DNA of 64,000 nucleotides from Candidatus Dormiibacterota bacterium (lineage in GTDB: Bacteria > Chloroflexota > Dormibacteria > Aeolococcales > Aeolococcaceae): positions 128,001-192,000 of the forward strand of contig CAVPXI010000014.1 of assembly GCA_963709585.1 (NCBI GenBank), read 5' to 3'. Under the pieces are notes generated by a model that saw only the letters and a program-made list of their open reading frames with translations, ran no database searches and was not told where the DNA came from. Shown in pieces: positions 9,958-22,619 of this stretch; positions within the stretch are counted from its first letter, which is position 1; every line of letters begins with the position of its first letter. Both the position numbers and the translations under genes were made by a program.

Positions 9958-11250
9958 TCACTTGGGGCACCCATAGGTGGCGTTGCATTCGTACTGCTGG
10001 GTCGAGTCGTCGAATGACACCGTCAACCATGTGAGGTTGTTCTCCTGGGCCTGCACGCGGGAGATGTAGCCGTTGGCAGCGATCGAATGCCAGTCACCGG
10101 AATACCACGACCCGATGCAGCCCCAGATATCGCCGGCCGCGTAAGTGCCGGTGCCGGTCTGCTTCAGCCACGACTCCCAGCCGTTGTAGCAACCGCGGAT
10201 GTAGGCGCCCCAGTAGTCGGCGGCCGCCGCAGTCGAGTCGCGGGTGAAGGGGAAAGTCCCGTTCTGGTCGCCTGCGTACGCCGGATACGGCGCCTCCCAC
10301 GCGGGGTCATCCCAACTCATGATTCCTAGGATTGAGAAGGTCTTCGGGCACAGACCTGCCTTCGGCGTGTACGGATAACCGCCAGTAGTGGTCAGCGGAT
10401 CGACCTGGTAGTTGTGCACCTCCGAGGCGAGCACGCCCTCGGTTGCAAGCCCGGTGCAGTAGGTGGTCGATGCGGTGGTCGGCGATGAGAAGCTGTCGCC
10501 ACAGCCGCGATTCCAATAACAGCTGCCGCCTCCACCGCCCTCTGACGCGTCCCCGGGGAAATGAAGGTATTGGAACCAGGTGGACTCCTCGACTGCGTCA
10601 GCCCGGATGAGGTTGTCGGGCAATCCCCACTTGCACGCCGCCCACTGGAGGATCTCGTCGGTCGTCCCGGTGAACTGACCGTCAACACGAGGCATGAGCC
10701 AGGAATCCCACATCGAGTTGTACGTGTCTCCCTGATCGCGCGGCCGGATGGCGAACGACGCCGCCATGGCTCCCGGCGCGGGCATCGTGGTGTTCTGCTG
10801 CTTGTTCTCTGGTCGCGGTTCCCAGGTGGAGTCGTGGACGGCGGCAGCGCACTGCGAATCGGACGGCAGCGGCGCGCCCACTGGTTCGAGCGAGAAATAC
10901 CCGGATGCCGGAGGCGGCCCGTCAGATGGCGCGGGGCTGGGCGTTGGCGTGGGAGTTGGGGCTGGTGTTGGTGTTGGTGTTGGTGTCGAGGTCGCCGTCG
11001 GTGTTGATGTCGGGGTTGGCGTGGGCGCGGGTGTTGTCGTGTCAGTTGGCGACTCCGTCGCCGCGGCTGTCGGCGTGCTCGGAGCGCACGTCTTTGACTT
11101 GTGGCATTTGAGGGCGCCGTTCGTCAGCGACGACTGGCTCAACGGGCCCGTCCCGGCAATGGCCACACCCAACGCCGAGGCAATCGCGAGCGCGACGAAT
11201 GCTGTCGCCATGCCGGCTCGTGCTCGTCCCGGTCGGCGAAAGTTGCTCAT
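9958..11250 (-). CDS. Secreted Pro/Thr-linker protein with putative lytic-transglycosylase (SLT-like) domain
   Basis: Signal/TM segment, (PT)n linker, TTDEILQWAACKWG...IRADAVEESTW and GDIWGCIGSWYSG; GGAGG RBS upstream. Confidence 0.65.
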   Translation of the reverse strand: MSNFRRPGRARAGMATAFVALAIASALGVAIAGTGPLSQSSLTNGALKCHKSKTCAPSTPTAAATESPTDTTTPAPTPTPTSTPTATSTPTPTPTPAPTPTPTPSPAPSDGPPPASGYFSLEPVGAPLPSDSQCAAAVHDSTWEPRPENKQQNTTMPAPGAMAASFAIRPRDQGDTYNSMWDSWLMPRVDGQFTGTTDEILQWAACKWGLPDNLIRADAVEESTWFQYLHFPGDASEGGGGGSCYWNRGCGDSFSSPTTASTTYCTGLATEGVLASEVHNYQVDPLTTTGGYPYTPKAGLCPKTFSILGIMSWDDPAWEAPYPAYAGDQNGTFPFTRDSTAAAADYWGAYIRGCYNGWESWLKQTGTGTYAAGDIWGCIGSWYSGDWHSIAANGYISRVQAQENNLTWLTVSFDDSTQQYECNATYGCPK

Positions 11251-11510
11251 GGTCGGACCTCCGGTTCGCTCGGCCCGGTCGGGTAGCCTGGCGCGCATCG
11301 AGGAACGGCGAGCTGCGGAGGCCGCTAGCTGACGACCCGTCCGGTGATGCCCGGACTCCGGGCGCACCCGCCGCGGAATCGGCGTGCTCCATCGGGAAGC
11401 TAGCAGCCGTTACACGGATGTGAATCGGTGGCAACCGATCCTTCATGTGGCTGTTACACAGCTACCACGGGTCGGCGATCCGAACGTCGAACGCGAAGTC
11501 CGCTCAGCGA

Positions 11511-12763
11511 TCAGGCGGGGCAGCGGTACACGGGGTCGCACTCGTACTGCTGGGTCGAGTCCTTAAAGGATGCGGTGAGCCAGGTCAGGTTGCTCTCGGC
11601 CGCCTGCACCTTGGATATGTACGCATTGGCTGCGGCCGTGTGCCAGGCCCCCGAGTACCAAGACCCGATGCAACCCCAGATGTCGCCTGCCGCGTAGGTG
11701 CCCGTGCCGGTCTGCTTCAACCAGGATTCCCAGCCGTTGTAGCAACCGCGCATGTAGGCGCCCCAGTAGTCGGCGGCCGCCGCAGTCGAGTTCGCGGGTG
11801 AAGGGGAAAGTCCCGTTCTGATCGCCCGCGAAAGCCGGATACGGTGCCTCCCACGCTGGGTCATCCCAACTCATGATCCCGAGGATTGAGTAGGTCTTTG
11901 GGCACAGGCCCGACTGCGGCGTGTACGGATAACCGCCGCTACTGGTCCGCGGATCGGCCTGGTAGTCGTGCACCTCCGAGGCCAGCACGCCCTCGGTAGC
12001 AATCCCGCTGCAATAGGTGACCGAGGCGTCGGTGGGTGACGGGAAGGCGTCGCTGCAGCCGCGATTCCAGTAGCAACTGCCTCCGCCCCCACCCCCATAT
12101 GACGCGTCGCCGGGGAGGTGCAGATACTGAAACCAGGTCGAACTCGACGACGGCGTCGGCACGGATGAGGTTGTCCGGCAAACCCCATTTGCATGCCGCC
12201 CACTGGAGTATCTCGTCGGTGGTGCCGGTGAACCGACCATCGACACGGGGCAGTAGCCAGGAATCCCACAACGAGTTGTAAGTGCCGGCTCGATCGCGTG
12301 GCCAGCTGGAGAAGGAGGCCGCCATCGCCCCGGGCGCGGGCATCGTGCTGTTTTGCTGGCGGTTCTGCGGTCGAGGTTCCCAGGTTGAAGAATGCACTTC
12401 GGCAGCGCACTGAGAGTCCGAGGGCAGCGACGACGAGGCGCCCGCCGGTTGTAATGAGAAATACCCGGATGCAGGCGGTGGGCCGCTGGACGGCCTCGGT
12501 CTCGATATCGGCGTGGGGCCAAGCGACTGTCTGGGGCCTGAGGGAGCACCCGCTTGGGGTCCACCCGGCGTTGCCGGGTTCGACGGCAGATTCGCGGTGG
12601 ATATGGGCGTGAAGCATGACGCCCCCGGCCGGCAATCCCCTGCGTCAGGCGGTTTACTGTGAGTAGTGGGGCTGCTCGACGCACACGCGGCGGCGAGCGG
12701 GACCATGCCAAGGATGGCAGATATCGCAAACCGACGCCGAAGCCCGCCGCGTTGCCATCTCAT
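11511..12763 (-). CDS. Paralog of 9958-11250, possible lipoprotein (LAAAC); two apparent frameshifts (~12142, ~11791)
   Basis: Three ORF pieces align collinearly with the neighbouring intact paralog. Confidence 0.7.
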
Positions 12764-12907
12764 CAAGCAGTCCCCTCGTGGTCAGCGTACGCCACCCACT
12801 GGTCGACGAGTATCCGACGGGACCGAAGCTAGAACTGCAACCTCGCCGCGAAGATCCCCGACCTGCTCCGCCTCGGCATTCCGTCGTTTCCAGCCGCAAA
12901 GAACGGA

Positions 12908-12931
12908 GCCGGAGCGGTAACCCGCTCCGGC
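12908..12931 (-). terminator. Stem-loop after the 12962-15152 gene
   Basis: GCCGGAGCGG-taac-CCGCTCCGGC, followed on the minus strand by TCCGTTCTTT. Confidence 0.5.
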
Positions 12932-12961
12932 CCCTGTCTCCCGAGGCTTGTCGGTGGCCGA

Positions 12962-15152
12962 CTACGGCGCCAAGTTCAGCGATGTGCCGAAGTTTGCGAA
13001 CGGGTCTCTCGTCCCACCACACGTCGGGTCAGTGCTGATGTAGTAGCTGGGAGCGCAGTTGGGATACTGGATGTACTCCGAGGCGAAATAGAACCCCTTT
13101 CCGGCGACGTACACGGCGGCTCCGTAATCCCCCCATCGGGGCCGGATGTTGAAAAAGGTCGGGTAGGGCTGGTACTCGGAGAATCCGTCCTGGGGTGCCT
13201 GGCCTAGCGCCGTGATGTGGATCTTCTTCCCCGAGAGCCCGTCCGAGCTTGTCGTCACACGGCCGTAGGCGCTGCTCGGGAAGAATCCGCCACTGTCCGC
13301 GTGCGTCGGTCCGCCGTTACCCGACAGCGTGAAGGACATGAGGGCTCCGCTGTTGCCGGTACCGCCGACGAGCGTTGGGAACTCCAGATCTTCGTGCGCA
13401 GCTGCAACGTATCCCTGCTTCGTCAGGGTGAGGGTCGGGCTGGCTCCCTTGAACGACGCGGTGCTCACCACGAAGTAGGCGGCGCCCATGTGGTCCTCGC
13501 TCGTCTTGCCGAACTGCTCACTGATCAGCGTGCTGACAGCGAACCAGATCTGGCCCCCTGCATACGATGCCTGGGTGGCCCCGTCCCCGTTGGTTGCGAT
13601 CCCTGACTCAGGGCACGGGTCGGCGGCTGCCGCGTCAAGCTCCTTGCAGTAGGTGCCCTGATCCAGCGTTCCAGCTCGCTGAGGACCAAGGCCGCACGGA
13701 GTACCGCCGCTCGCCAGACAACTCTCGCCGTTATCTGTATACGACTCCAGCCCGGTGAACAGATCTCCGCCGAACCCTATGGAACCACATGAACCGCAGT
13801 TGAAGCTGTTGAGGTTGGACAGTCCGGTCCAGAAAAACACCGCCGCGCGGTTGTCGCCGGATGACGGCGGGAGTGGCGGAACCTCGAATGACTGGAAGTC
13901 CGTCGTCGCGACCATGAAGCCAGAGCCGCCGTAGTTGTTGTTGAATTCGCTGCTGACCGTCGAGCTGGCGGGAATAACCTGAAACCAGCACGTCAATCCG
14001 GCCGTCGGCCCGCTGTTGCAGCTGCCGTCAGGGGGTTGGATCCCCGGGTCGGTGCCCATATTCTCTTGCAGGAGGTTCACAAACGCGTAACCCAACTCGA
14101 GGGCGCTCTTCTGGATGGCAAGCTGCTGCGCTCCGTTGAAGCCGAAGCATCCGTAGCTCGGGCACGGAGGGTAGCTGGAGGACGGTCCGAGGTTGAACTC
14201 GTCATAGAACATCAGGAACGCGTCCCGGGTGGTCGCCGTTTTCGCGTAGTCGTTCAACAGCTGACCGGCCCCTGGATCGCTCGTCGACCCAGGCAAGGTG
14301 TTCGGGTCGACGAAGTACACGTTCCAAGTCGTGGCAGTCGGGTTCGCGGTGTTGCTCACGGCGAGGCCTTCGCGACAGGCGTCATGACCGCCGAGGAAGC
14401 AAGCGCCGGGCGCGAACGCGCCGCCGCTCGATTCGGGCGTGGTGGAGACGATCTCTGTGATGAACCAGTGTCCACCGTTGTCGGCGTCGTACTGGCACAT
14501 GATGTCGCCGGCGCTGCTATAACCAAGTCCCGTGAGGCCCATCAGCGCGTCGAGCGACGTGTCTCCTGTCACGGGTCCAAGCGAGGCGTTGTAGATGCGA
14601 ATCTCGCCGATGTTGATCGAACTCCATGACATAACCGTTGCCCGCGCACAGACCCTGGTCAGGAGGTTCGATGTCGAAACCGTAAAGTCCCCCATTGGCC
14701 GTCGCCGCCAAGCCGTAGGGGTTGGTAGTCGCGCCGCTGCTACTCGAGCTGATCGAGTCGCATCCCGCTCGGACCGGCGCACATGTCACCGTCGGGAACG
14801 GAACGGCGGGGGCCGCGGTGAGCGCCCGTCCACCTACGCGAGCGGCGTGAAGGTTGGGAAGCTGCTGGTGCGACGTCGATGCCCGCGTCGCGGTGCTTGC
14901 TACCCGTGCAGCGGCAGAGGTTGTCTGCACAGCGCGTGTCAGATGGCCGGTTTGGAGATGGGAGGCGGTTCCCAGGGAGGCGACCCCAACGGACGCCCCG
15001 GCCGTGGTCGCTGTTGCTCCGGCCACTGTGACCAGCGAGCCCAGCACCAGGCCTGCCGACGCCACCATGAAGGCTGCTCGCTGGACCCGCGGATGGCCGC
15101 GGGGTCGCCCTCTCTGCGCGACAAAAAAGGTCCGCTCGTTGCGATCGCCCAT
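12962..15152 (-). CDS. Large secreted Cys-rich protein of unknown function (frameshift at ~14621)
   Basis: Signal-like N-terminus; IEPPDQGLCAGNGYVMESIN after correction; C-terminal RWGDYGAA...EYIQYPNC. Confidence 0.65.
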
Positions 15153-15364
15153 CCCAGCTCCTCCAGTGCCCCGGACGTCTGCCTTGCGGGCCGGCTGCGC
15201 CCACCGACCTCCGACCCGCAAGTGGCGATACAGGACTATGGTCGGATGAGTGCGTGTGTGTCAAGTGGTGGGCTCGGCGCGCTTGACCACCTCGAGCGGC
15301 TGCCTTTCAATTGAGTGGCCGGACGTCGATCGCTCTCGCGTTCCGAGGAGCGTCAGCTACGGCC

Positions 15365-15796
15365 CTACATGCAATGTGAACAGGTAGTCCGGGGAACTCC
15401 AGGTGCGCTCATCACCGTAGAGCCACCGCCTTTAACGTTCGGCTGAGCAGGAGGGACACCACCCGTCGGGGGGCGGGAGACGGCACCCGGAACTGAGTGC
15501 GTTTCGGCGGCGCTGGAAGACGACCCCGTGCCGGCCGCAGCACCCGGGACCAGGGCGTGCGCGGAGCCATGGGCCCCGACCGCGTTGGCACCGGCCCGGC
15601 CGCTCGCGCTAGCGGCGGAGTATGTCGGGGCATGCCCGCTGAGCTGTTGGAGCCCGCCGAGGGCTTGCGTCGTCAGGAGAGCGGCGATTGCGACGGCGAC
15701 GACCGCCAAGGCCACAACCAAGGGGCTAAGGGGCCAGGCCCGACGAGCAACAGCTACCACTTCCGAATTAAGTATGCCACGCGATGCACCTCCCAC
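15365..15796 (-). CDS. Hypothetical membrane-anchored Ala/Gly-rich protein
   Basis: One hydrophobic helix followed by a low-complexity tail. Confidence 0.4.
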   Translation of the reverse strand: MGGASRGILNSEVVAVARRAWPLSPLVVALAVVAVAIAALLTTQALGGLQQLSGHAPTYSAASASGRAGANAVGAHGSAHALVPGAAAGTGSSSSAAETHSVPGAVSRPPTGGVPPAQPNVKGGGSTVMSAPGVPRTTCSHCM

Positions 15797-15814
15797 CCAC
15801 GCGAATCCGGCCGA

Positions 15815-16093
15815 TCAAAGCAGCGTCTCCTCCTGCTCAACTCGCTTGTTCCGGCGGCGCTCCGGTCCCGTCTTCGCGTCGGACGCCGGGTGCTCCACGA
15901 TCGCGACGACGCGCGTCGCCATGAAGCGCCCGACGCGCACCGGCTGGCCGGTGCGGGTCAGTTCCGCCACTTCGACAATGCCTCGCGCGGTGGTCACCTC
16001 CACCCGCCTGCCGGCGCGCGTTGCAGTGATCTCGAACGTCCGCGCGGTTCCGGTCCCGGCGTCGACGATGACCTCCACGGTGTCTCCGATCAC
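15815..16093 (-). CDS. Small conserved hypothetical protein
   Basis: FEITATRAGRRVEV...GRFMATRVVAIVEHP resembles a recurring actinobacterial hypothetical family. Confidence 0.55.
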   Translation of the reverse strand: MIGDTVEVIVDAGTGTARTFEITATRAGRRVEVTTARGIVEVAELTRTGQPVRVGRFMATRVVAIVEHPASDAKTGPERRRNKRVEQEETLL

Positions 16094-16135
16094 CCGCCCA
16101 CTCTAGCGACAGTGTCGATGATCCAGAATCCGGGT

Positions 16136-17173
<1,038 letters not shown>

Positions 17174-17359
17174 GCGGGACGCGAGGTCATTGCGGGCACC
17201 AAAACGGTGGATGCGGTCGCCATAGTGCCCGTCCGTCTAAGTCACAGACGGTGCCGCTACGGATTGCGCCAGGTCCGGCTACACGACACGAGCCAGCCCA
17301 TCACCCGGACGATCCTCGGCTGGGGTCCCTGACTCGTTGGAGAAGCCGCAAGCGTCACG

Positions 17360-19691
17360 GTGAACCCTCTCCTCCGCCACGACTGGCGGGAACGTTCTCG
17401 TTTCACCTCGTTTCTCCTCCTGCTTCCGATGGTCGTTGTGGCCGGGGCGTCGATCGGGGGAACTCGCCGTGAACAATTCGGCGTCGACAGCGGCGCAGCG
17501 AACGGACTCGATCGACGTGCAGTTGGTGAACGTCCGAGAGCATCTGCGCGACGCCGCTGTCAGTGGCACTGCGTTTCTGGTCAGTCACGTCGCCCAGGAC
17601 GCCGCCGGGCTGACCTCCGCAGGGCACGAGGTGGATGTCGAGCTCGCCGCCTTGAAGTCCTCCGCTGATCTGACCCCTCCCGAGGAGTCGGCCCTCGCTG
17701 TGGTCCTGCGCGCATGGCGCGTGACCGACGCTTCGCGCCTCGACGTGCTGGCGAGTGGGGCAGCGAGTGCATCGGCCGTCCAGGTGATTCTGCGGCCGGT
17801 GTTTGAACAGGAGATGAACACGTCGTTGACGGAGGTCACGTCGCAGCTCACCACACTCGACGGCCTTATTGCAGCCGACGTGACCGCCCGGCGGCATGCG
17901 CGCGACACCACGCAGACCGTGTCCACGGTTGCCATCGCGGTGGCGATCATGATCGGATTCGTGGCCGCGCTCTGGCTCTTGCACCAGCTCAAGGAGCGAC
18001 AAGAGACCGTGCGCCGGCGGGAACGGCGGCTGTCGGCTCTGGTCGAGCATGCCAGTGATGGGATCCTGGTGGTCGACGGAAGCGGTCAGGTCACGTTCGT
18101 GACCCCGTCGTTCAACCAGGAGTTCTTTGGGAGGACGGCTGCGACGACTTTCGAAGGGATGATTCACCCCGAAGATCGCGATCATGCCGCAAAGGCATGG
18201 CAACGCGTGACGTCCGGCGGCGAGGGCACAGTGAGTGAGGTGGAGGCACGCCTCCTGCGCCTGGACGGCGAATGGCGTCACGCCTGGGTGAAGCTGACCA
18301 ATCGGCTTGGTGACCCCGGAGTCGATGGGATCGTCCTCAATGTCACCGATGTCAGCGACCGCCACGAGTTTGAGAAGACGCTGACTCACCAGGCTCTTCA
18401 CGACGCCTTGACCGGTCTTCCCAACCGCGAGCTGCTCCGCCACAGGATGGAGCGCGCAAACGCCACTGCCGCGCAGCAGGAACACAGTGTCCTGTACCTG
18501 GACTGCGACGACTTCAAGCGCATCAATGACACGTTCGGCCATGCAGCCGGCGATCAATATCTTGTGGAAGTGAGTCGAAGGTTCGTCGCGTCCGTCCGCC
18601 CTGAGGACACAGTTGCGCGTCTCGGTGGAGACGAGGTCGCCATTCTGCTCGAGAGCACGGGCGCCGAGGGCGTCAGTCTTGCCGCCAAACGGATCGTCGG
18701 CGCGATGGGCCTTCCAGTTGTCATCGCGGGAAAGGCGGTGCATCCCACCGCCAGCATCGGCGTGGCATCAAGTCAACCAGGCGCCCTCCACCCCGAGACG
18801 CTTCTGGCCGCCGCGGATCTGGCGATGTACTTCGCCAAGCGCGGCGGTAAGGGCGGTTACTGCGTGTTCGCCGAACAGATGCGCACAGACCTGGTGGATC
18901 GGCTCGAGCTCGGTGAGGACCTGCGCCAGGCCGTCGAAGCCACCACCCTCCAAGTGGAGTACCAGCCCGTCATCGACCTGCGGACCGGCAGCATCATCGG
19001 GGCGGAGGCGCTGGCTCGGTGGCATCACGCTTCGCGCGGCTGGGTGGCCCCGACACGTTCATCCCTCTCGCAGAAGAACTCGGCTTGGTTGAACGCATCG
19101 ACCAGTGGGTCCTGCGTGAGGCATGCACAAGGGGACGTTCGTGGATCGAGGGTGGGCTGCACCAGTTCAAGATGGCCGTCAACCTTTCAGGCCGTGACCT
19201 GGAGCATCCGGACCTGGTCGAACAGATCGCCCGCATCCTCCACGAGACCGGGTTTCCCGCGCGCCAATTGGAGATCGAGCTGACCGAAGGGGTGGCGATC
19301 AACGAGTTCGAGCGGTGCCGAGGCGGCATTGGAGGCGCTCCAAGCTCTCGGGATTCACCTCGCGATCGACGACTTCGGCACGGGGTATTCAGCACTATCC
19401 CGCCTGCGCAACCTCCCATTCGACCAGCTGAAGGTCGACAAGGCTTTCGTGGACGACATCGACCTGCCTCACCGGGGGCCACTTCTTGTCGACACCATCC
19501 TCGAGATGGCCCACGTGCTGGGACTTGACGTGGTGGCGGAGGGGGTTGAGACCACCACCCAAGCTGATTATCTGAGGAAGCGAGGATGTGACTTCGCCCA
19601 GGGATTCCTGTTCAATCGACCGATGGGCCATGCTGAATTGACGCTCCTTCTGAAACGTCAGCAACCCGGGGTCCTCGCTCTACCTGCCTGA
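17360..19691 (+). CDS. Membrane-bound PAS-GGDEF-EAL protein, broken by three apparent frameshifts (~17462, ~19048, ~19307)
   Basis: Two TMs, PAS (IHPEDRD), HDALTGLPNR, RLGGDEV, GAEALARW, IDDFGTGYS, VVAEGVET. Confidence 0.85.
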
Positions 19692-20028
19692 CGACTTCAG
19701 CCGGGCGCAGAGCGGCCCCTCCCAACGGCTGCCCGACGTAGTCGGCGTAGTTCACGTCAATCCACTCCGGCTCACCGTCGAGATACTCGAGTTGCTTACG
19801 GTAGTCGGTGTCGGTCTCGGGTCGATCGGCATTCGCCATATAGCTTTCGCGATTTTTGAAGCGAACGATCATCATGATCCGATCCGGATCCTTGTCCTCC
19901 CAGGCGACTTCGTACGAATGCATTCCGTGGCCATAGTCCTCGGCACTGGGCACCATCTCCCGCAGCACCTTCTCGTACTCCGCGCGACGGCCTGGCTTGA
20001 CCTTCGCCCGCATGATGGTTCCGTACAT
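19612..20028 (-). CDS. Antibiotic biosynthesis monooxygenase (ABM)-like protein
   Basis: MRAKVKPGRRAEY...LDGEPEW pattern; GGAG RBS. Confidence 0.6.
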   Translation of the reverse strand: MYGTIMRAKVKPGRRAEYEKVLREMVPSAEDYGHGMHSYEVAWEDKDPDRIMMIVRFKNRESYMANADRPETDTDYRKQLEYLDGEPEWIDVNYADYVGQPLGGAALRPAEVVRQVERGPRVADVSEGASIQHGPSVD

Positions 20029-20131
20029 CGCTCTCCTCCACGTATGCCCGCAAGGGCCGAACCGTCAAGGGAAGTATGCGCAGCGTGTCAGCGGTTGGAT
20101 AGGCCGCTCCAGTTCGCATCGCGACCCGCCT

Positions 20132-20497
20132 CTAGGGCCGGTGCCGGCCCTTCGAAACTGCCTGATGCATGCGCACCGAAAGGAGTTGCATCACGAGCGA
20201 CTTGGGAAGCGGCGTGTCGACGCGAAACTGCAGCGTTCCCTTCGTCGTCATGTACGAGGTTGCCTCATCGAGCTCCGCTGTGACCGACCCGCTATGCGGG
20301 AAATAGCTCAAGTGATTCTTGAACGCTGCGAAACCGGCGACCACCTGGCCCTGAACTTTGAAGGCCGGCATGCCGTATGACATGCTCTCTTCAGCCTCCG
20401 GAACGATCTCCAGGATGGTGTCACGTAGCGACCGGAGCGTCGACTGCTTCGGCTCATCCAATGCGGCCAAATACGCGTCGACCTCTGCTCTGGACAT
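20132..20497 (-). CDS. DUF1801/YdhG family protein
   Basis: EVDAYLAAL, SYGMPAF, FAAFKNHLSYFP, TKGTLQF. Confidence 0.85.
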   Translation of the reverse strand: MSRAEVDAYLAALDEPKQSTLRSLRDTILEIVPEAEESMSYGMPAFKVQGQVVAGFAAFKNHLSYFPHSGSVTAELDEATSYMTTKGTLQFRVDTPLPKSLVMQLLSVRMHQAVSKGRHRP

Positions 20498-20603
20498 GGA
20501 GAAAGTCTCGTGCAGTCATGCCCGACCGGTCAAGAGATGGGTAACCCAGCTCAGCGCTCGAGCCGACGCCGGGGGGCCTCCGTATTTGTCAGAATCCGCC
20601 GCC

Positions 20604-21272
20604 GTGGCCAAGGCAGGTTCGCACATCGAAGTCGTCGTCGAGGTGGCCCCCAAGCGCTCGTTCGCGTCGGCAGTCGACTGGCCTGGTTGGTGCCGGAGTG
20701 GGCGAACGCCGGACTCGGCGGTTGAGGCGCTCGCGGCATACGCGACTCGATATGAAGCGGTCGCGGCCACCGCAGGAATGCGCTTGCCGACCGTCGCCGG
20801 CGTCGGGTCGCTGATCGTGGTCGAGGAGATCGAGGGCGACGCCACCACCGAGTTCGGGGCGCCAAGCAAAGCCGCGTCGGTCGAGGTGCGCCCAGCCACT
20901 GCCCGGGAAGCCAATCGCGTCGCCGCTCTTCTCGAGGCTGCCTGGACGGTGCTCGACGAGGTCGTGGCGTCCGCGCCGGCCGACCTTCGCAAGGGGCCGC
21001 GCGGTGGGGGTCGCGATCGCGACGCGATGTACGAACACGTTCTCAGCGCGGAGCAGGCCTACGCGGGGAAGGTTGGGGTGCGCGTGCGGACGCCGTCAAG
21101 AGACGACACCGCTGCGATCGCTGCGATGCGTGAGGCGCTCGTGGCGGTAATCCGTGCGGATCGAACCGGCAAACCCGCCCGCGAGGGTGGATGGGCGCCG
21201 CGCTACTGTGCCCGCCGTGTCGCCTGGCACGCGCTCGACCACGCGTGGGAGATTCAAGACCGCAGCAGCTGA
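20604..21272 (+). CDS. Conserved hypothetical protein (DinB-like C-terminus)
   Basis: KRSFASAVDWPGWCRSG, KGPRGGGRDRD, RRVAWHALDHAWEIQDRS. Confidence 0.7.
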   Translation: MAKAGSHIEVVVEVAPKRSFASAVDWPGWCRSGRTPDSAVEALAAYATRYEAVAATAGMRLPTVAGVGSLIVVEEIEGDATTEFGAPSKAASVEVRPATAREANRVAALLEAAWTVLDEVVASAPADLRKGPRGGGRDRDAMYEHVLSAEQAYAGKVGVRVRTPSRDDTAAIAAMREALVAVIRADRTGKPAREGGWAPRYCARRVAWHALDHAWEIQDRSS

Positions 21273-21511
21273 CGGCGGTCCAAGGGCATCCTCGCCACAG
21301 GTCGAGGCGATGAGCGTGCCAGGCGTTGAGCCGCGCCCAGGGGATCCCCTGGCCTGATAGTGACCCTGGTATATCTTCACCTTCGTCCCGATGAGAGATC
21401 TGTGGACATGACCGGTACATTTAGCTACAGTCGGTGGGTTAGGGTGCCAGCCTGGCACACCGGCCGGCTCCGGGCGCAACAGGTCAGGTTCACCCAGGAG
21501 GACGCGAATCC

Positions 21512-22540
21512 ATGCATAGCTCGCGTGGCCACACCACTCGGTTGCTGCTGGGCATCGCGATGTCGGGGGCCGCATTGATGACCCCGCTGATCGCGATGGC
21601 GACCGTCACGCCCAACCTCTCCCCGAATGTCGGGTCAGCCCACATCCTCTGGACCAAGGACCACTACACATCGGACGCACAAACCGATCCCAATCAGCTC
21701 CTGTATCACGGGGGCACCGTCGAGACCAAGCCGGCCGTGTACCTGGTCTTCTGGGGCCCGGAATGGGCCAACGGATTCTCGGTCGCGGCGGGCTCATACA
21801 CCTACACGAACCGGACGGCGGAAACCTACCTACGCGATTTCTTCGGCTCCGTCGGCGGGAGTCCGTGGGCAGGGGTGCAGACACAGTATTGCCAGGGCGC
21901 GGCGATCGGTTCGGTCAATTGCAACGGAGCTCTCGGCGCGCAGTTCGTCCAGAACCCATCCAGCATGTTGAAGGGCACCTGGGTCGACCCGAGCGCAGTT
22001 CCGTCGCCGATCGTGACCACAGCGCTCGTGGAGAACACCACCAATGATCCGGTTGCGACCGAAGCGCTCAAGGCGGCGCAGCACTTCGGTTACAGCGTCA
22101 ACGCCACGTACGTCATCCTGGCGCAGCCGGGCACGGTGGCAACCGCCTACGGCACGGTCTATTGCGCGTATCACAGTGAGACCGGCCATGCGCTCGGCGC
22201 CCGTGGTGTTCGCTACGCGTTCGTGCCATACGTTCCGGAGCAGGGCTCGGGCTGCGGTGTCGATTCGGTGAATCAGAACGACGCCTTTGGCCACGGCTAT
22301 TACGACAGCTACAGCATCGTCGCGGGGCACGAGTTCGCCGAGGCGGTGACCGATCCCGACAACTACAACGGGACCCAGGACGGGTGGAACGATGTCCAGA
22401 CCAATGAGAACGGCGACAAGTGCGCCTGGACGGGACTCCAGAACATCACGTTGCGTGGTCAGACGTATGCGGTTCAGCCGCTCTGGAGCAACGCGGCGGC
22501 AGGCGGCCAGGGTGGCTGTGCCGTGAGCCTCGGGAGCTGA
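21512..22540 (+). CDS. Secreted protein, Phi-1/EXORDIUM-like
   Basis: Signal peptide, LLYHGG, YCAYHS, GHEFAEAVTDP, ENGDKCAW, VQPLWSN. Confidence 0.65.
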   Translation: MHSSRGHTTRLLLGIAMSGAALMTPLIAMATVTPNLSPNVGSAHILWTKDHYTSDAQTDPNQLLYHGGTVETKPAVYLVFWGPEWANGFSVAAGSYTYTNRTAETYLRDFFGSVGGSPWAGVQTQYCQGAAIGSVNCNGALGAQFVQNPSSMLKGTWVDPSAVPSPIVTTALVENTTNDPVATEALKAAQHFGYSVNATYVILAQPGTVATAYGTVYCAYHSETGHALGARGVRYAFVPYVPEQGSGCGVDSVNQNDAFGHGYYDSYSIVAGHEFAEAVTDPDNYNGTQDGWNDVQTNENGDKCAWTGLQNITLRGQTYAVQPLWSNAAAGGQGGCAVSLGS

Positions 22541-22564
22541 CGCTGCGCAGGTGAGTCAGCGCGG

Positions 22565-22607
22565 AGCGCAGGTGGGCTCGTCGCCGACGGCGGCCCGCCT
22601 GCGCTTT
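22565..22607 (+). terminator. Hairpin between convergent genes
   Basis: AGCGCAGGTGGGC...GCCCGCCTGCGCT followed by TT. Confidence 0.55.
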
Positions 22608-22619
22608 GCGTCGTTATCC

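Noticed and set aside
11400-11500. Riboswitch upstream of the SLT-like gene
   Set aside because: Only small hairpins and a GTTACAC repeat are present; no recognisable aptamer consensus by eye, and an Rfam scan would be needed.
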